From NCBI GenBank assembly GCA_963817525.1, contig CAWFOU010000007.1, positions 832,001 through 896,000 of the forward strand: a stretch of 64,000 bases of DNA. The letters are read 5' to 3'. Position 1 is the first letter of the stretch; each line of letters opens with the position of its first letter. This document shows, piece by piece, positions 1 to 9,372 of the stretch. Made by a program: the position numbers and the translations under genes. The DNA comes from an uncultured archaeon (GTDB lineage Archaea > Thermoproteota > Nitrososphaeria > Nitrososphaerales > Gagatemarchaeaceae). A model generated the notes under the pieces. That model saw only the letters and a list, made by a program, of their open reading frames with translations, did no database searches and was not told the DNA's origin.

Positions 1-120
1 GAGGGTCGGGCTCGGCCCGCATTAAGAGGCTCGGCAACGGCGGCGAGAGCCGCAGGATGAGTCGGACCGTCAGAGGCGGGCCACATAACGGTTAGAAGCA
101 CGGCGGCTGTCCTCCCCCCG

Positions 121-555
121 TTGCGCCCCGCCGACCCGCTGAGGGAGGAGAGGAGGTACGGGGAGTTCGCCTCCTTCCTCCAGGAGCTCGTCAAGGAGCT
201 AAACGACCTCTCCGAGGAGGGGGCCGCTGTCCTCGTCGAGGGCAAGAGGGACGTCGCGGCGCTCAGGGGGCTGGGGTACACGGGCCCGCTCTTCACCGTC
301 TCCATCCTCACCTCGACCGCGGCCGCGAGGGAGAAGCTCAGGAGGGAGGTGAGCGCCATGGTGATCCTGACGGACCTGGACACCGAGGGCCGCCGCCTCG
401 CATCCCGATACATCAAGTTCCTCTCCCACGAGGGCGTCTCCGCATCCCTGGCTCAGAGGAGGCGGCTGTCCAAGGCCTCGCGGGGGGCCTTCATGCACAT
501 CGAGAACCTCCGGAGGTTCAAGCTCGACGAAGCGCGGTTGCCCGACTTAAGATGA
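121..555 (+). CDS. Toprim-domain protein (RNase M5-like archaeal family)
   Basis: VLVEGKRD and ILTDLDTEGRRLA toprim motifs; TTG start. Confidence 0.8.
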   Translation: MRPADPLREERRYGEFASFLQELVKELNDLSEEGAAVLVEGKRDVAALRGLGYTGPLFTVSILTSTAAAREKLRREVSAMVILTDLDTEGRRLASRYIKFLSHEGVSASLAQRRRLSKASRGAFMHIENLRRFKLDEARLPDLR

Positions 556-632
556 GTTTAAATAAAGGCCAACTCGCGAGTGTCCAAGTTAAGCTAAACT
601 AACGTTAACAGCTAACAACGAGTTGAAATAAT

Positions 633-1910
633 CTGCCTGATTCGGCGATAGTAAAGTACCTCGTCAAACTGAGGTTCGACGTAGATGGTGTGGTTGAGAA
701 GGCGGACTTGATTGGCGCGATCTTCGGCCAGACCGAGGGCCTTTTCGGCCCCGAGATGAATCTAAACGAGCTCCAGAAGACGTGGAAAGTCGGACGCATA
801 GAGATCAATCTAGAGTCCAAGAACGACAAGACGTGGGGCGCGATCCTCATCCCTATGTCCACCGACGTGAGCACGGCAGCGCTGATCGCGGCCGCGGTGG
901 AGAGCGTCGACAAGGTCGGGCCTTGCTCCGCGAGGGTCGTCCTCGAAGGCATTGAGGACGTCAGGGCCTCAAAGAGGGCGCAGATCGCGGAGCGCGCCAA
1001 GGACATCATGAAGGAGTGGAGCTCGCGCACGCTCAGCGAGGGGGAGAACGTCCTCAAGGACGTCCAAGAGTCCACCAAGAGGGCGCGCGTGGTAAACTTC
1101 GGGGTAGAGAACCTTCCAGCCGGGCCTGGCGTCTACACCGCTGACGGGGTGTACGTCGTGGAGGGGAGGGCGGACGTGGTGCTTTTCCTCAGGGCAGGCA
1201 TCGAGAACGTGGTGGCGGTAGAGGGGACAAGCATACCCCAGGCAGTGATAGATCTCAGTAGGAAGAAGAGGATCATCGCGGTCCTAGACGGCGACAGGGG
1301 CGGAGACCTGATCGAGAAGGAGCTCGCGCAGGTCATGAAGGTAGAGAAGGTGATCAGGGCGCCAGACGGGAAGGAGGTCGAGGACCTTACCCCGATCGAG
1401 GTCCACCAGATGCTCAGGGGCGAGCTCCCAGGCCGCGGCTCGAAGGAGCCGAGGCAGGAGCGGTCAGAGCGCTACGAGAGGCGCGAGCGGCCCGAGAGGC
1501 GGGAGAGATTCGAGAGGGCTGAGAGGTCGGAGAGGGCTCCCAGGTACGAGAGATACGAGAGGGCGCCTAGGCCTGACGCAGCGCCGGCGGCCCCAGCGAC
1601 GCCGCCCGTCCCAGCCCCGGTGGTTGACAAGGTGAAGGAGGTCTTCCCCTCGATAAACGGCACCCTCGAGGCGATGCTGCTCGACGACGGCATGGGCGAG
1701 AAGGGGCGCATGCCGATAAGCGAGCTGGTGGCGAAGCTTGACGGCTCTGGGGCGAGCTACCTCGTCTTCGACGGGATAGTAACGCAGAGGCTCATCGACG
1801 CAGCCGGCAAGGCCAAGGTCAAGGGGATAATCGGGCACAGGATCGGCGAGATCAAGAACATGCCCGATGGCTTGAGCGTAGGCACATTCAGAGACCTAGC
1901 GCTCGAGTAG
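633..1910 (+). CDS. dnaG: Archaeal DnaG-type primase / exosome-associated protein
   Basis: ADLIGAIFGQTEGL, VVEGRADV and DGDRGG motifs. The conserved N-terminus (PDSAIVKYLVKLRFDVDG) extends upstream of the ORF-track start at 690 to a CTG at 633; in-frame TGA at 624-626. Confidence 0.93.
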   Translation: MPDSAIVKYLVKLRFDVDGVVEKADLIGAIFGQTEGLFGPEMNLNELQKTWKVGRIEINLESKNDKTWGAILIPMSTDVSTAALIAAAVESVDKVGPCSARVVLEGIEDVRASKRAQIAERAKDIMKEWSSRTLSEGENVLKDVQESTKRARVVNFGVENLPAGPGVYTADGVYVVEGRADVVLFLRAGIENVVAVEGTSIPQAVIDLSRKKRIIAVLDGDRGGDLIEKELAQVMKVEKVIRAPDGKEVEDLTPIEVHQMLRGELPGRGSKEPRQERSERYERRERPERRERFERAERSERAPRYERYERAPRPDAAPAAPATPPVPAPVVDKVKEVFPSINGTLEAMLLDDGMGEKGRMPISELVAKLDGSGASYLVFDGIVTQRLIDAAGKAKVKGIIGHRIGEIKNMPDGLSVGTFRDLALE

Positions 1911-1917
1911 GTCCCGC

Positions 1918-3006
1918 TTGATAGTAAGCGAGTTCATACCAAAGCAGGGACTCTGCAGGCTCACCGTAGAATCTCCGGACGACCTCTGGACCCTCCGCAG
2001 GCTCCTCGCGCCCGGCGACGTCGTCGTCACCAAGAGCTCGAGGGTCTTGAAGAGGGAGGGCGACTACACGAGGCCCGACAAAGGGGAGCGCATCAAGGTC
2101 ACCATAGCCCTCGAGGTGGAGGGGATCTCCCTCGATAGCAGCGTCGGGAGGGTCAGGATACGTGGGAGGATAGTGGAGGCGAGCGACGAGAGCGTCACCA
2201 AGACCGGCTCCCACTCGATCATCATCTCCCCCGGCCAGGAGCTCACCATCAGGAAGCAGCGCTGGACCTCCTCCGACACAAGGATACTCAACTCCTCGAC
2301 CGCCACGGAGCGCAGGTTCCTCCTCGTCGCGGTGGACAGGAGGGACGCGGGGGTGGGACTCCTCGCTGGTTCGCACCTCACCATCGTCTCCACCTTGGAG
2401 TCGGGCGCCTCCGGGAAGGGCGGGTCGAACCAGAAGGAGGTCGACATGCAGCCCTACTTCAGGAAGGTCGTCGACCTACTAAAGGCCACCTGGCGCGAGG
2501 GGGACGTCGTGGTTGTCGCGGGGCCTGGGAACACCAAGCTCCCCCTGGAGAACCTCATCAAGAAGGACCCCGACCTGAGGAAGAACGAGGTCCTGGTGGA
2601 GGGGTTCGACCTCTCGGGGTCCGATGGCGTCCGAGCCCTTGTAAAGTCCGACGGGTTCAGGAAGGTCGCCAGGGACAGCGTCCTCGTCGAGGTCCAGGAG
2701 GCCGTGGAGGAGGCCATCAGGAGGATCTCGCGGGGCGAGAGGCGGGTCGCCTACACGCTTCCCCGCGTCTCCGAGGCCGCGAGGGCCGGCGCCGTAGAGA
2801 CGTGCGTCGTCTCGGACGACGTCTTCTCTAGCAGCGTCGACGAGAACCAGCTCGTGGCGACGCTCAACCTGATCGAGGAGAAGGGAGGGAAGGTCTTCCT
2901 CTGCGACTCTTCCCTGGAGACGGGCAAACAGGTCTCCGCGCTGGGAGGGATGGTCGCGATCTTGCGCTACGACCTCTCGAACGCGCTCTCCGGCTCTAGC
3001 CGATGA
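1918..3006 (+). CDS. pelA: Pelota (aDom34) ribosome-rescue factor
   Basis: ESPDDLWTL N-terminal motif and eRF1-like domains; C-terminal LGGMVAILRY. Confidence 0.9.
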   Translation: MIVSEFIPKQGLCRLTVESPDDLWTLRRLLAPGDVVVTKSSRVLKREGDYTRPDKGERIKVTIALEVEGISLDSSVGRVRIRGRIVEASDESVTKTGSHSIIISPGQELTIRKQRWTSSDTRILNSSTATERRFLLVAVDRRDAGVGLLAGSHLTIVSTLESGASGKGGSNQKEVDMQPYFRKVVDLLKATWREGDVVVVAGPGNTKLPLENLIKKDPDLRKNEVLVEGFDLSGSDGVRALVKSDGFRKVARDSVLVEVQEAVEEAIRRISRGERRVAYTLPRVSEAARAGAVETCVVSDDVFSSSVDENQLVATLNLIEEKGGKVFLCDSSLETGKQVSALGGMVAILRYDLSNALSGSSR

Positions 3007-3331
3007 CCCCGGTGACCGCGGGTATCACGAACTCGGTGATGACTACGAGGAGCACCCCTCCGATGATGAGGTCCTTGCCGAGCCTGCGCCCAAGGTGGGT
3101 GTAGTAGAGCAGGACCCCGACGAGCAGGCAAGTGACATAGGCGACCCGGACGATGTCTATCACGGCCGTGTTGATGCTCGTCAGGACGGCGGCCGTCTCG
3201 CTCGCGAACTGGCCCGCGAACTGCTGGATGCCCGTCGCGACGTCTGGAGGCGAAGGCGAGTCCAAGATTGGGAGCCCAATCGCGGAGGCGACCGCGGGGA
3301 GCAGGAGGAGCAGGGACGGGGTCATCCCCAC
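2996..3331 (-). CDS. Small membrane protein of unknown function
   Basis: Signal-like N-terminus plus two hydrophobic helices; host-like codon usage. Confidence 0.6.
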   Translation of the reverse strand: MGMTPSLLLLLPAVASAIGLPILDSPSPPDVATGIQQFAGQFASETAAVLTSINTAVIDIVRVAYVTCLLVGVLLYYTHLGRRLGKDLIIGGVLLVVITEFVIPAVTGVIG

Positions 3332-3365
3332 AGAAGCGCGTCCGGCTATTTATTCGTCCACGCGG

Positions 3366-4667
3366 TCAGGACGGCACGAGGGCGCTGAGGTAAGGCCCCG
3401 CGATGAGGGCGAAGAGCGCGAAGAGAAGCAGGAACGTAATGCCCGTCGTAAGCCTCCGCGCGAGCATCTCGCTGATCTTCCCCCTTCCCACGCCTCTGAG
3501 GAAGATCTCGAATGCCTGCCCCCCGTCCATGATGTAGATCGGGAGGCTGTTGAAGATAGCCAGGTTGAAGTTCACGAAGAAGAGCCAGAACAGCGCGTTC
3601 GCCACAGCCGCGGTCAAGGGGCCGAGGGGAGAGGTGTAGAAGCCCGAGAGGTCGTCGGAGAACGGGACCAAGAGCTCGACGCGCTGGAAGGTAGGGATGT
3701 AGGATATGTACGCCAGCGGAGTGCTCTTGTACAACGTGGCGTACCCCGTCGCCGTGTCCTGCAGCGCAGCGTAGCTCGCCTCGTCGACGCCCAGGAACGG
3801 GTAGACCACCGTGGTGCTCTTGCCGCTCGTCTCGTTGACCGTGGTCACGGTGTAGTTGCTGAGGACTATGGGGACGACCCTTGTCGTGCCGTCGTGCCAG
3901 ATGGTCATGTTGACCTTCTCACCCACGGAGAAGCTCCCGTTGCGCAGGACGCTCAGGTCGGTGACGCTGCCGCCGTTGATTTGAGTGACAAAGTCGCCCG
4001 GCTGGATCCCTGCGAGGTAGGCCGGCGAGTGCAGCGTCGGGGAGTCGGGGACGACCCCGTAGATGGCCGCGCCCTTTGCGGCCGGCGTCATCGAGCCGAC
4101 AGTGACGATAAGCAGGAGCAAGCACACGATGCCGACGACGAAGTTTATTCCAGAGCCGGCCGCGAGGACCCTGAGCGAGTCCCTGCTCCTCGCCTTTTTG
4201 AGCTCCTTGTCGTCCACCTCCACGAACGCGCCTATGGGCAGGAACGCTAGGAGGACGACGCCTGCCGCTTTGACCCTCATCCCGACGTTGCGCGCGACTA
4301 TCCCGTGGGAGGCCTCGTGGATGAAGACCGCGACAACTATCGCGAGCCACACGCTCAGGGGGAGGTAGGGGTTGATCCCCGGGAGGAGGAAGTTGGCGAG
4401 GGGCGAGATTGTGCGGACGTTGGAGACCAGCGCCGGGCCCTGCGGCGAGAAGTAGAGGGCCCCCACCAGGAAGAACACGACGTAGAGAGCCACCCCGGCG
4501 GCAATCGGCATCAGTATGAGCATGAGCCACCCGAGGGGCCTGCTTATCCTCCATTTCCCGAGCCTGTCAAGCAGGTTGAGCCCCTTGCGCGTCCTCACCA
4601 TGAATATAATGAACCACCTTGTGATGGCCTTGTACTGCTCCTCGTCGCTTTGGGGTGGATCGGACAA
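3366..4667 (-). CDS. Site-2 protease (M50) with PDZ domain
   Basis: HEASH zinc motif, NSLPIYIMDGG motif, PDZ-like segment (SPAYLAGIQPGD). Confidence 0.92.
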   Translation of the reverse strand: MSDPPQSDEEQYKAITRWFIIFMVRTRKGLNLLDRLGKWRISRPLGWLMLILMPIAAGVALYVVFFLVGALYFSPQGPALVSNVRTISPLANFLLPGINPYLPLSVWLAIVVAVFIHEASHGIVARNVGMRVKAAGVVLLAFLPIGAFVEVDDKELKKARSRDSLRVLAAGSGINFVVGIVCLLLLIVTVGSMTPAAKGAAIYGVVPDSPTLHSPAYLAGIQPGDFVTQINGGSVTDLSVLRNGSFSVGEKVNMTIWHDGTTRVVPIVLSNYTVTTVNETSGKSTTVVYPFLGVDEASYAALQDTATGYATLYKSTPLAYISYIPTFQRVELLVPFSDDLSGFYTSPLGPLTAAVANALFWLFFVNFNLAIFNSLPIYIMDGGQAFEIFLRGVGRGKISEMLARRLTTGITFLLLFALFALIAGPYLSALVPS

Positions 4668-4747
4668 GCGGTAGCGCCTTTTTCGTCGTGCTCGACGAGA
4701 ACCCTTTAAGGTTTGACCCGATGCGACCCCGTCCGGGCTGAGATATT

Positions 4748-5716
4748 TTGGGGGTCTGCTCGAGGTGCGGCGAGGCGGCCTCGTATTACACGAGGAGGTA
4801 TTCAGGAGAGAGCCTCTGCGCGCCCTGCTTCCAAGAGTCCACCGTGGAGAAGGTCAGGCGCACCATCTCGAAGTACGGCATGCTGCGCAGGGGAGAGAGG
4901 ATGGGGGTCGCCGTCTCCGGCGGGAAGGACAGCCTCTCCCTCCTCAAGATACTGCACGAGCTCAACAAGGGCGAGGGCGAGCTGGTGGCGCTCACGGTGG
5001 ACGAGGGCGTCAAGGGGTATCGCGACGAGGCCATCGAGCACGCCCGCGCGCTCTGCGAGCAGCTGGGCGTCGAGCTCGTCCTCGTCTCCTACAGCGAGCT
5101 CTTCGGGTTCAGCCTGGACCAGGCCCTGGACTGGAAGGACGAGCGGGAAGTCTCCTCCTGCAGCATGTGCGGGGTCTTCCGCAGGAGGGCCATCGACGAG
5201 GCCGCCCTGAAGGCGAAGGTCGACGTCGTCGCCACCGCGCACAACCTGGACGACTACGTCCAGACCTTCATGATGAACCTCCTCCACGGCGACGTCGAGC
5301 GGATCGGCTGGCTCGACCCCGCCTCCCACGACGACAGCTTCCCCATCAGGAGGGTCAAGCCCCTCACCGAGGTTTACGAGGAGGAGGTCGCCCTCTACGC
5401 CTACCTCTCGAAGATCCCCTTCCAGAGCGCCAGCTGCCCCTACATGCACGAGGCCCTCAGGAGCGAGGTGCGCGACTACCTGAACGAGCTTGAGGCGGGG
5501 CACCCGGGCATGAAGAACGTGCTGCTGGCCTCCGCGCTGGACGTGACCTCGAGGCTTTCGAGGGACGCTCGCGGGGGCGGCGGGGTGGCCAAGGCGACCG
5601 TACCCTGCGAGAAGTGCGGGAAACCCTCCTCGAGGGGAGTCTGCGGCGTCTGCAGAATGACCAAGATGGTGTGGCAACACACTGGACTCTCACGCGAGCC
5701 GCCCGCCGCGCCCTAG
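4748..5716 (+). CDS. TtuA/Ncs6-family tRNA 2-thiolation protein
   Basis: SGGKDS PP-loop, CSMCGVFRR, ATAHNLDD, N- and C-terminal CxxC zinc motifs. Confidence 0.9.
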   Translation: MGVCSRCGEAASYYTRRYSGESLCAPCFQESTVEKVRRTISKYGMLRRGERMGVAVSGGKDSLSLLKILHELNKGEGELVALTVDEGVKGYRDEAIEHARALCEQLGVELVLVSYSELFGFSLDQALDWKDEREVSSCSMCGVFRRRAIDEAALKAKVDVVATAHNLDDYVQTFMMNLLHGDVERIGWLDPASHDDSFPIRRVKPLTEVYEEEVALYAYLSKIPFQSASCPYMHEALRSEVRDYLNELEAGHPGMKNVLLASALDVTSRLSRDARGGGGVAKATVPCEKCGKPSSRGVCGVCRMTKMVWQHTGLSREPPAAP

Positions 5717-6231
5717 TCAGACGGCTGGAGTCATCCTACTGTATTTTCTCTGGTAACTGTATTCGGTCATCCGTTTTACCATCTTTCCTAATATCATGTG
5801 AATTGGAATCCTGGGGCGGCGGTCTCTTCGCCTTCATCAGCCGCAACAAGCTTCTCGTAGTGCTGGCTTCCTCTCTCGTCGCGACCGAAGCCCTAGTGTC
5901 CGTGGCGACCTGGTACGGCGTGGCCGTGCTGGGAGGCCGTGAGCTGAACTGGGTCTACGGATACTCTACGTCCATCGAGGTCGGCAGGCCGATGCTCGCC
6001 CTCTTGTTTGCAGTGCTCCTGGCGGCGTTGTTGGACAGTCCGCGCCAGAGGCTGGTCGGGGTCAGCTGCCTGCTGGGCATGTCGGTCGCAGACCTGATGT
6101 ATGATTCGGTCTACATCGCCACCGGCGGAGAGCTGCTTGGGATGGCGACAGCTGCCTTCGTCGCGTGCGCAATCCCGGCCATCTTCGCGACACGGGCAAT
6201 CCAATTGTCCAGGGCGGGCACCGCGGCCTGA
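5614..6231 (+). CDS. Hypothetical membrane protein (true start probably near 5800)
   Basis: Four hydrophobic helices in the 3' part; the 5' part of the ORF overlaps the previous gene. Confidence 0.5.
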   Translation: MRETLLEGSLRRLQNDQDGVATHWTLTRAARRALVRRLESSYCIFSGNCIRSSVLPSFLISCELESWGGGLFAFISRNKLLVVLASSLVATEALVSVATWYGVAVLGGRELNWVYGYSTSIEVGRPMLALLFAVLLAALLDSPRQRLVGVSCLLGMSVADLMYDSVYIATGGELLGMATAAFVACAIPAIFATRAIQLSRAGTAA

Positions 6232-6304
6232 AGAGAGGCAGTGGCGTAGCGTGGACAAACAAGAATCGACAGGCATTTAAGAGGCGGTCGTGTTGCGGTC
6301 CTTC

Positions 6305-6620
6305 GGTGGCAGGTAGGGAAGGAAGGCTAGCCGTCTTCTCGAGACTCAAACCGGCTTTACGGAGTGCCAGTAACCGTCGGGTAAAGCCAGCTCTCCTCTT
6401 TCCTACGCGTCCGGGCGGGATGATACCACGCCGGGGCAGGCGGTCGCGAGGTGCGGGCCCCTCGAAGGAGGGGTCCTGACTCTTGATTGCCGAACTGGGT
6501 GAGGTCCGGGAGGGAGCAACCCTAAGGTGACACGGCCACGTTGCTCCGTCTACGTGAAGGACCGTTCGGTGCGCGCGATTGGGAGAGGTCGGGCTGGTGA
6601 ACGCCGGCGGGTCTGCCACC
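6305..6620 (+). ncRNA. ffs: Archaeal SRP RNA (7S RNA)
   Basis: Terminal helix GGTGGCAG(6305-12)/CTGCCACC(6613-20); Alu-type hairpins with complementary loops AGCCG/CGGCT; helix 6 with GAAG tetraloop; helix 8 motif GGGTGAGGTCCGGGAGGGAGCAACCC; TTTAAG box about 25 nt upstream. Confidence 0.92.
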
Positions 6621-6691
6621 ATAAATGAAGAAGTCCCGCCAGGGCGATGCGCGCGGTCGATGTAAGCGCAAGACGAGCTCGGGTTGATTAT

Positions 6692-6882
6692 TCAATATGC
6701 GATGAAATCCTCGACCTTGTTCAGCCGCCTGGTCGTTGGATCGACCTCCAGACCTAGGCCCTCGAGCGAATCCACCCCGAGAACTTCCGCGTCTCCTAGA
6801 TGCTGCCGGTGTCCACCGTCAGCTCTATCTCCTCGGTCGCCTTCGACCCGCTTATTCTAAGCTTCGCAAGAGTCAATCCCAT
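6692..6882 (-). pseudogene. Internally deleted retropepsin-like (clan AA) aspartyl protease remnant
   Basis: MGLTLAKLRISG..IELTVDTGSI* joined out of frame to GDAEVLGVDSLEGLGLEVDPTTRRL; the middle of the protein is missing. Confidence 0.7.
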
Positions 6883-6983
6883 GGACTGAGAGGTCGGGTC
6901 GCGTATTAAGCGTGTTCGCCACCATAAGTGGACGCAGTAGCCGGTGATGGGCGATGCCGTCTAGTTGACCGATGACAGTGTCG

Positions 6984-7427
6984 TCAAGGCAGAAGGCTTC
7001 GACTTTCGGTTGAATCCGCACCCTGATGAGCCGCGGGGTCCAATGTGCTCGAACCGCCTTGTATCGGGCGTATCCTGCTCAGCTTGCCCGCGAAGACCTT
7101 TTTGAAGAAATACGCGGTCGCGAGGTTCCCTGAGAACATCAACAAGACCGTGATCGGCTCGCTGAAAGGGATGAAGCTTTGGGGAGCGATGACACGGACC
7201 ATACTCTGAATCCCTGTGAATATTGGAATCGAATCCAACCTGAAGGTCCCCAGGACCGTGAAGACCAGGGCATATTGAATCCCGGCGAAGATCCAGACTA
7301 CCGCGGTCAATACTGACGTGAACTGGACGGGCATGAAGGGCAGCATCAAGAAACCGAGCATCGCACAGAAGAAAGTCCAATGTTTGGAGACAGGGTGAAT
7401 GGCAGCATTAGCGACGGCTCGCTTCAT
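6984..7427 (-). CDS. Hypothetical membrane protein
   Basis: Three to four hydrophobic segments; TATA-like box upstream. Confidence 0.55.
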   Translation of the reverse strand: MKRAVANAAIHPVSKHWTFFCAMLGFLMLPFMPVQFTSVLTAVVWIFAGIQYALVFTVLGTFRLDSIPIFTGIQSMVRVIAPQSFIPFSEPITVLLMFSGNLATAYFFKKVFAGKLSRIRPIQGGSSTLDPAAHQGADSTESRSLLP

Positions 7428-7575
7428 GACATCTTGCTGGAAGGATTTTCTAGCATGAAGATTTAAGCGATGTGAAGGATAGCTTCTCCCGGTACATCCC
7501 CCGGAGTTAGAACCTCAAAGAATCTTCTGGACGCGACTGCGTAAAATGCTTTAGCCGTCGCGCAATCCCAAGGGC

Positions 7576-8211
7576 ATGAGACTCGAACAGCGGAGCACCG
7601 CACTCTCCACGACAGCGGGAGCAGTAATAGTTATGGCTGTGATCATCATCGCCGGACTTGTGATCTATGCTGGGACTCGGACGAACACGCCTTCGGGCCT
7701 CTCATCAAGCGGCAGCGTCAACAGTTCGCTCACGAGCGCGCTATCAAGTTGTTCTTCTGCTGGAGTCCCCGCTTACGGGTGCTCGAGCACGGTTACCTCC
7801 GTCTCGAGTAGCTCCACCACCTCCTGCGTACCATCGGTAGCCTACACATGCGCGAGTTCATCGACTAACTCCTCTTCGTCAACATCGGCCGTCGGGGCCG
7901 CTGTAACAATCCCCAAGGGAACTGGCGCAGGGCCTTCCGCAGCACCCGGTTACTCGCCCGATACGATCACGGTCGTCATCGGCATAAACAACACAGTGAC
8001 GTGGACAAATAACGACACGGTCGACCACACGGTCGCCTCGAGCAGCGTCCCTGCCGGTGCAGCCAACTTCACGTCTCCTATGATCGCGCCGGCCGGCACT
8101 TACACTTACACCTTTACCGTATCCGGGACATACAGCTACTACTGCACCCTGCACGCTTGGATGACAGGCACGGTCATCGTGAAGGCTGCAAGCAGCGCGC
8201 CAGCGGCTTAG
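7576..8211 (+). CDS. Membrane-anchored cupredoxin (plastocyanin/azurin family) with Ser/Thr linker
   Basis: N-terminal TM; VTWTNNDTVDHTV and YYCTLHAWMTG type-1 copper ligands. Confidence 0.88.
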   Translation: MRLEQRSTALSTTAGAVIVMAVIIIAGLVIYAGTRTNTPSGLSSSGSVNSSLTSALSSCSSAGVPAYGCSSTVTSVSSSSTTSCVPSVAYTCASSSTNSSSSTSAVGAAVTIPKGTGAGPSAAPGYSPDTITVVIGINNTVTWTNNDTVDHTVASSSVPAGAANFTSPMIAPAGTYTYTFTVSGTYSYYCTLHAWMTGTVIVKAASSAPAA

Positions 8212-8372
8212 GGCTCCCACGACGACGAGCCTTACATTTTCCCTAGAGGCCGAGGAGGTGCGACTCGTCCCCTCTCCGGGGGTGACCGCGCATGGACTTC
8301 TCTCGCCAGAGACGGCGGCCCCAAGCCCGTCGAGGAATTGTCTGACTTGCTACTCACAATCCTAGAAATCGA

Positions 8373-9110
8373 TTACTTGATCGCGCCCGTTATCGCCTTC
8401 CGGTTCGTGTATCCCGCTGCTTCTACCAATAGGGCAATACCCAGAATGACGGAAGAGAGATAGAGCACATCAGCATTTGTGAACCAAGCCACGCCCGTCA
8501 GCACCTGGATGTCAGAGGCGTGTATGTCGAACTCAAAGCGATCGAAAAAGAATATTTCAAGACCCAGTGGAAGAATGGTCAGAGAGGTAATTTCAAACGC
8601 CCGAAGCACGGCAACTCTGATTCCCCTCCTTTGAAACAGGAATAGCGAGACAGCAAAAACCGCAAGCGTGAACAAGACAACCTCGGTGTCGATGAGGTAC
8701 TTCAGTGCGAGAGAGTTGGGCGAAGCAAAAAAGGGAGGTCCGCCGCCTCCGCCCAAGAATGGCGGCGGCGCTTGCCCTACTGGCGTGGCCACGGGGCCAC
8801 CACCGCCATTGGGAGCGCTCCTGCGTGCCAGGTTCGTGAAGAAAGAGGAGAGCCCCGGTATCCCTAGCTGGATTCTTGCGAAATCGTTGACCTCGCTGAC
8901 GAGGAATGAGCGCAGAGGAGTGCTACTGCCACCAGAGAGGAATCCTCTCCCTGCCGCCGCCCCGACGTGCGACGTCCACGCAAAGTAGATGTTGAGCTGT
9001 ATTGTGAGGAAAGACAGCACGCCAGCAAGAGCGAAGAACCTGACCGAGATTTTTCTGGACGAAATCAATGCGGGGGAACTCTCCCGTGGAGAGCCGGATG
9101 CCGTGGGCAA
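8373..9110 (-). CDS. Hypothetical membrane protein with Gly/Pro-rich loop
   Basis: 245-aa ORF with four TM-like segments. Confidence 0.6.
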   Translation of the reverse strand: MPTASGSPRESSPALISSRKISVRFFALAGVLSFLTIQLNIYFAWTSHVGAAAGRGFLSGGSSTPLRSFLVSEVNDFARIQLGIPGLSSFFTNLARRSAPNGGGGPVATPVGQAPPPFLGGGGGPPFFASPNSLALKYLIDTEVVLFTLAVFAVSLFLFQRRGIRVAVLRAFEITSLTILPLGLEIFFFDRFEFDIHASDIQVLTGVAWFTNADVLYLSSVILGIALLVEAAGYTNRKAITGAIK

Positions 9111-9216
9111 CGGATGCGAAGCGACTAATAAAATTTGTTCAACAATCCCCTGGCATGCTTCCTCCTTGGACTTGGGCCGCGAACGCTAATTAGTGGCGCG
9201 GTCGCCTTGGGCTTCC

Positions 9217-9372
9217 ATGCCGGGCGCGACCGACGGCGGCGGCGAAAAGAGGCTGGAATGGAAAGACTACCTCGCCCTCTTCATCGCCCTCCTCCAGACG
9301 GTGGCCCTCCCAATGGTCTTGCTGATAGTCGCTATCCTTGCGACGCTCGTGATCTTCAGGCTATTGAACTGA
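9217..9372 (+). CDS. Small (51 aa) membrane peptide
   Basis: MPGATDGGGEKRLEWKDYLALFIALLQTVALPMVLLIVAILATLVIFRLLN*; host-like codons; not in the ORF track. Confidence 0.6.
   Translation: MPGATDGGGEKRLEWKDYLALFIALLQTVALPMVLLIVAILATLVIFRLLN

Noticed and set aside
6305-6620. Permuted or atypical SRP RNA
   Set aside because: The Alu domain, helix 5, helix 6 and helix 8 occur in the normal order between paired termini
6062-6622. ORFs 6062-6622 (-) and 6165-6479 (+)
   Set aside because: They overlap the SRP RNA and have no protein-like features
7020-7075. CTGATGA motif resembling a third hammerhead
   Set aside because: Followed by GAAC rather than GAAA and stem II does not pair; it lies antisense within a CDS. 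Other CTGATGA hits (about 9369, 23719, 31504) also lack the core.
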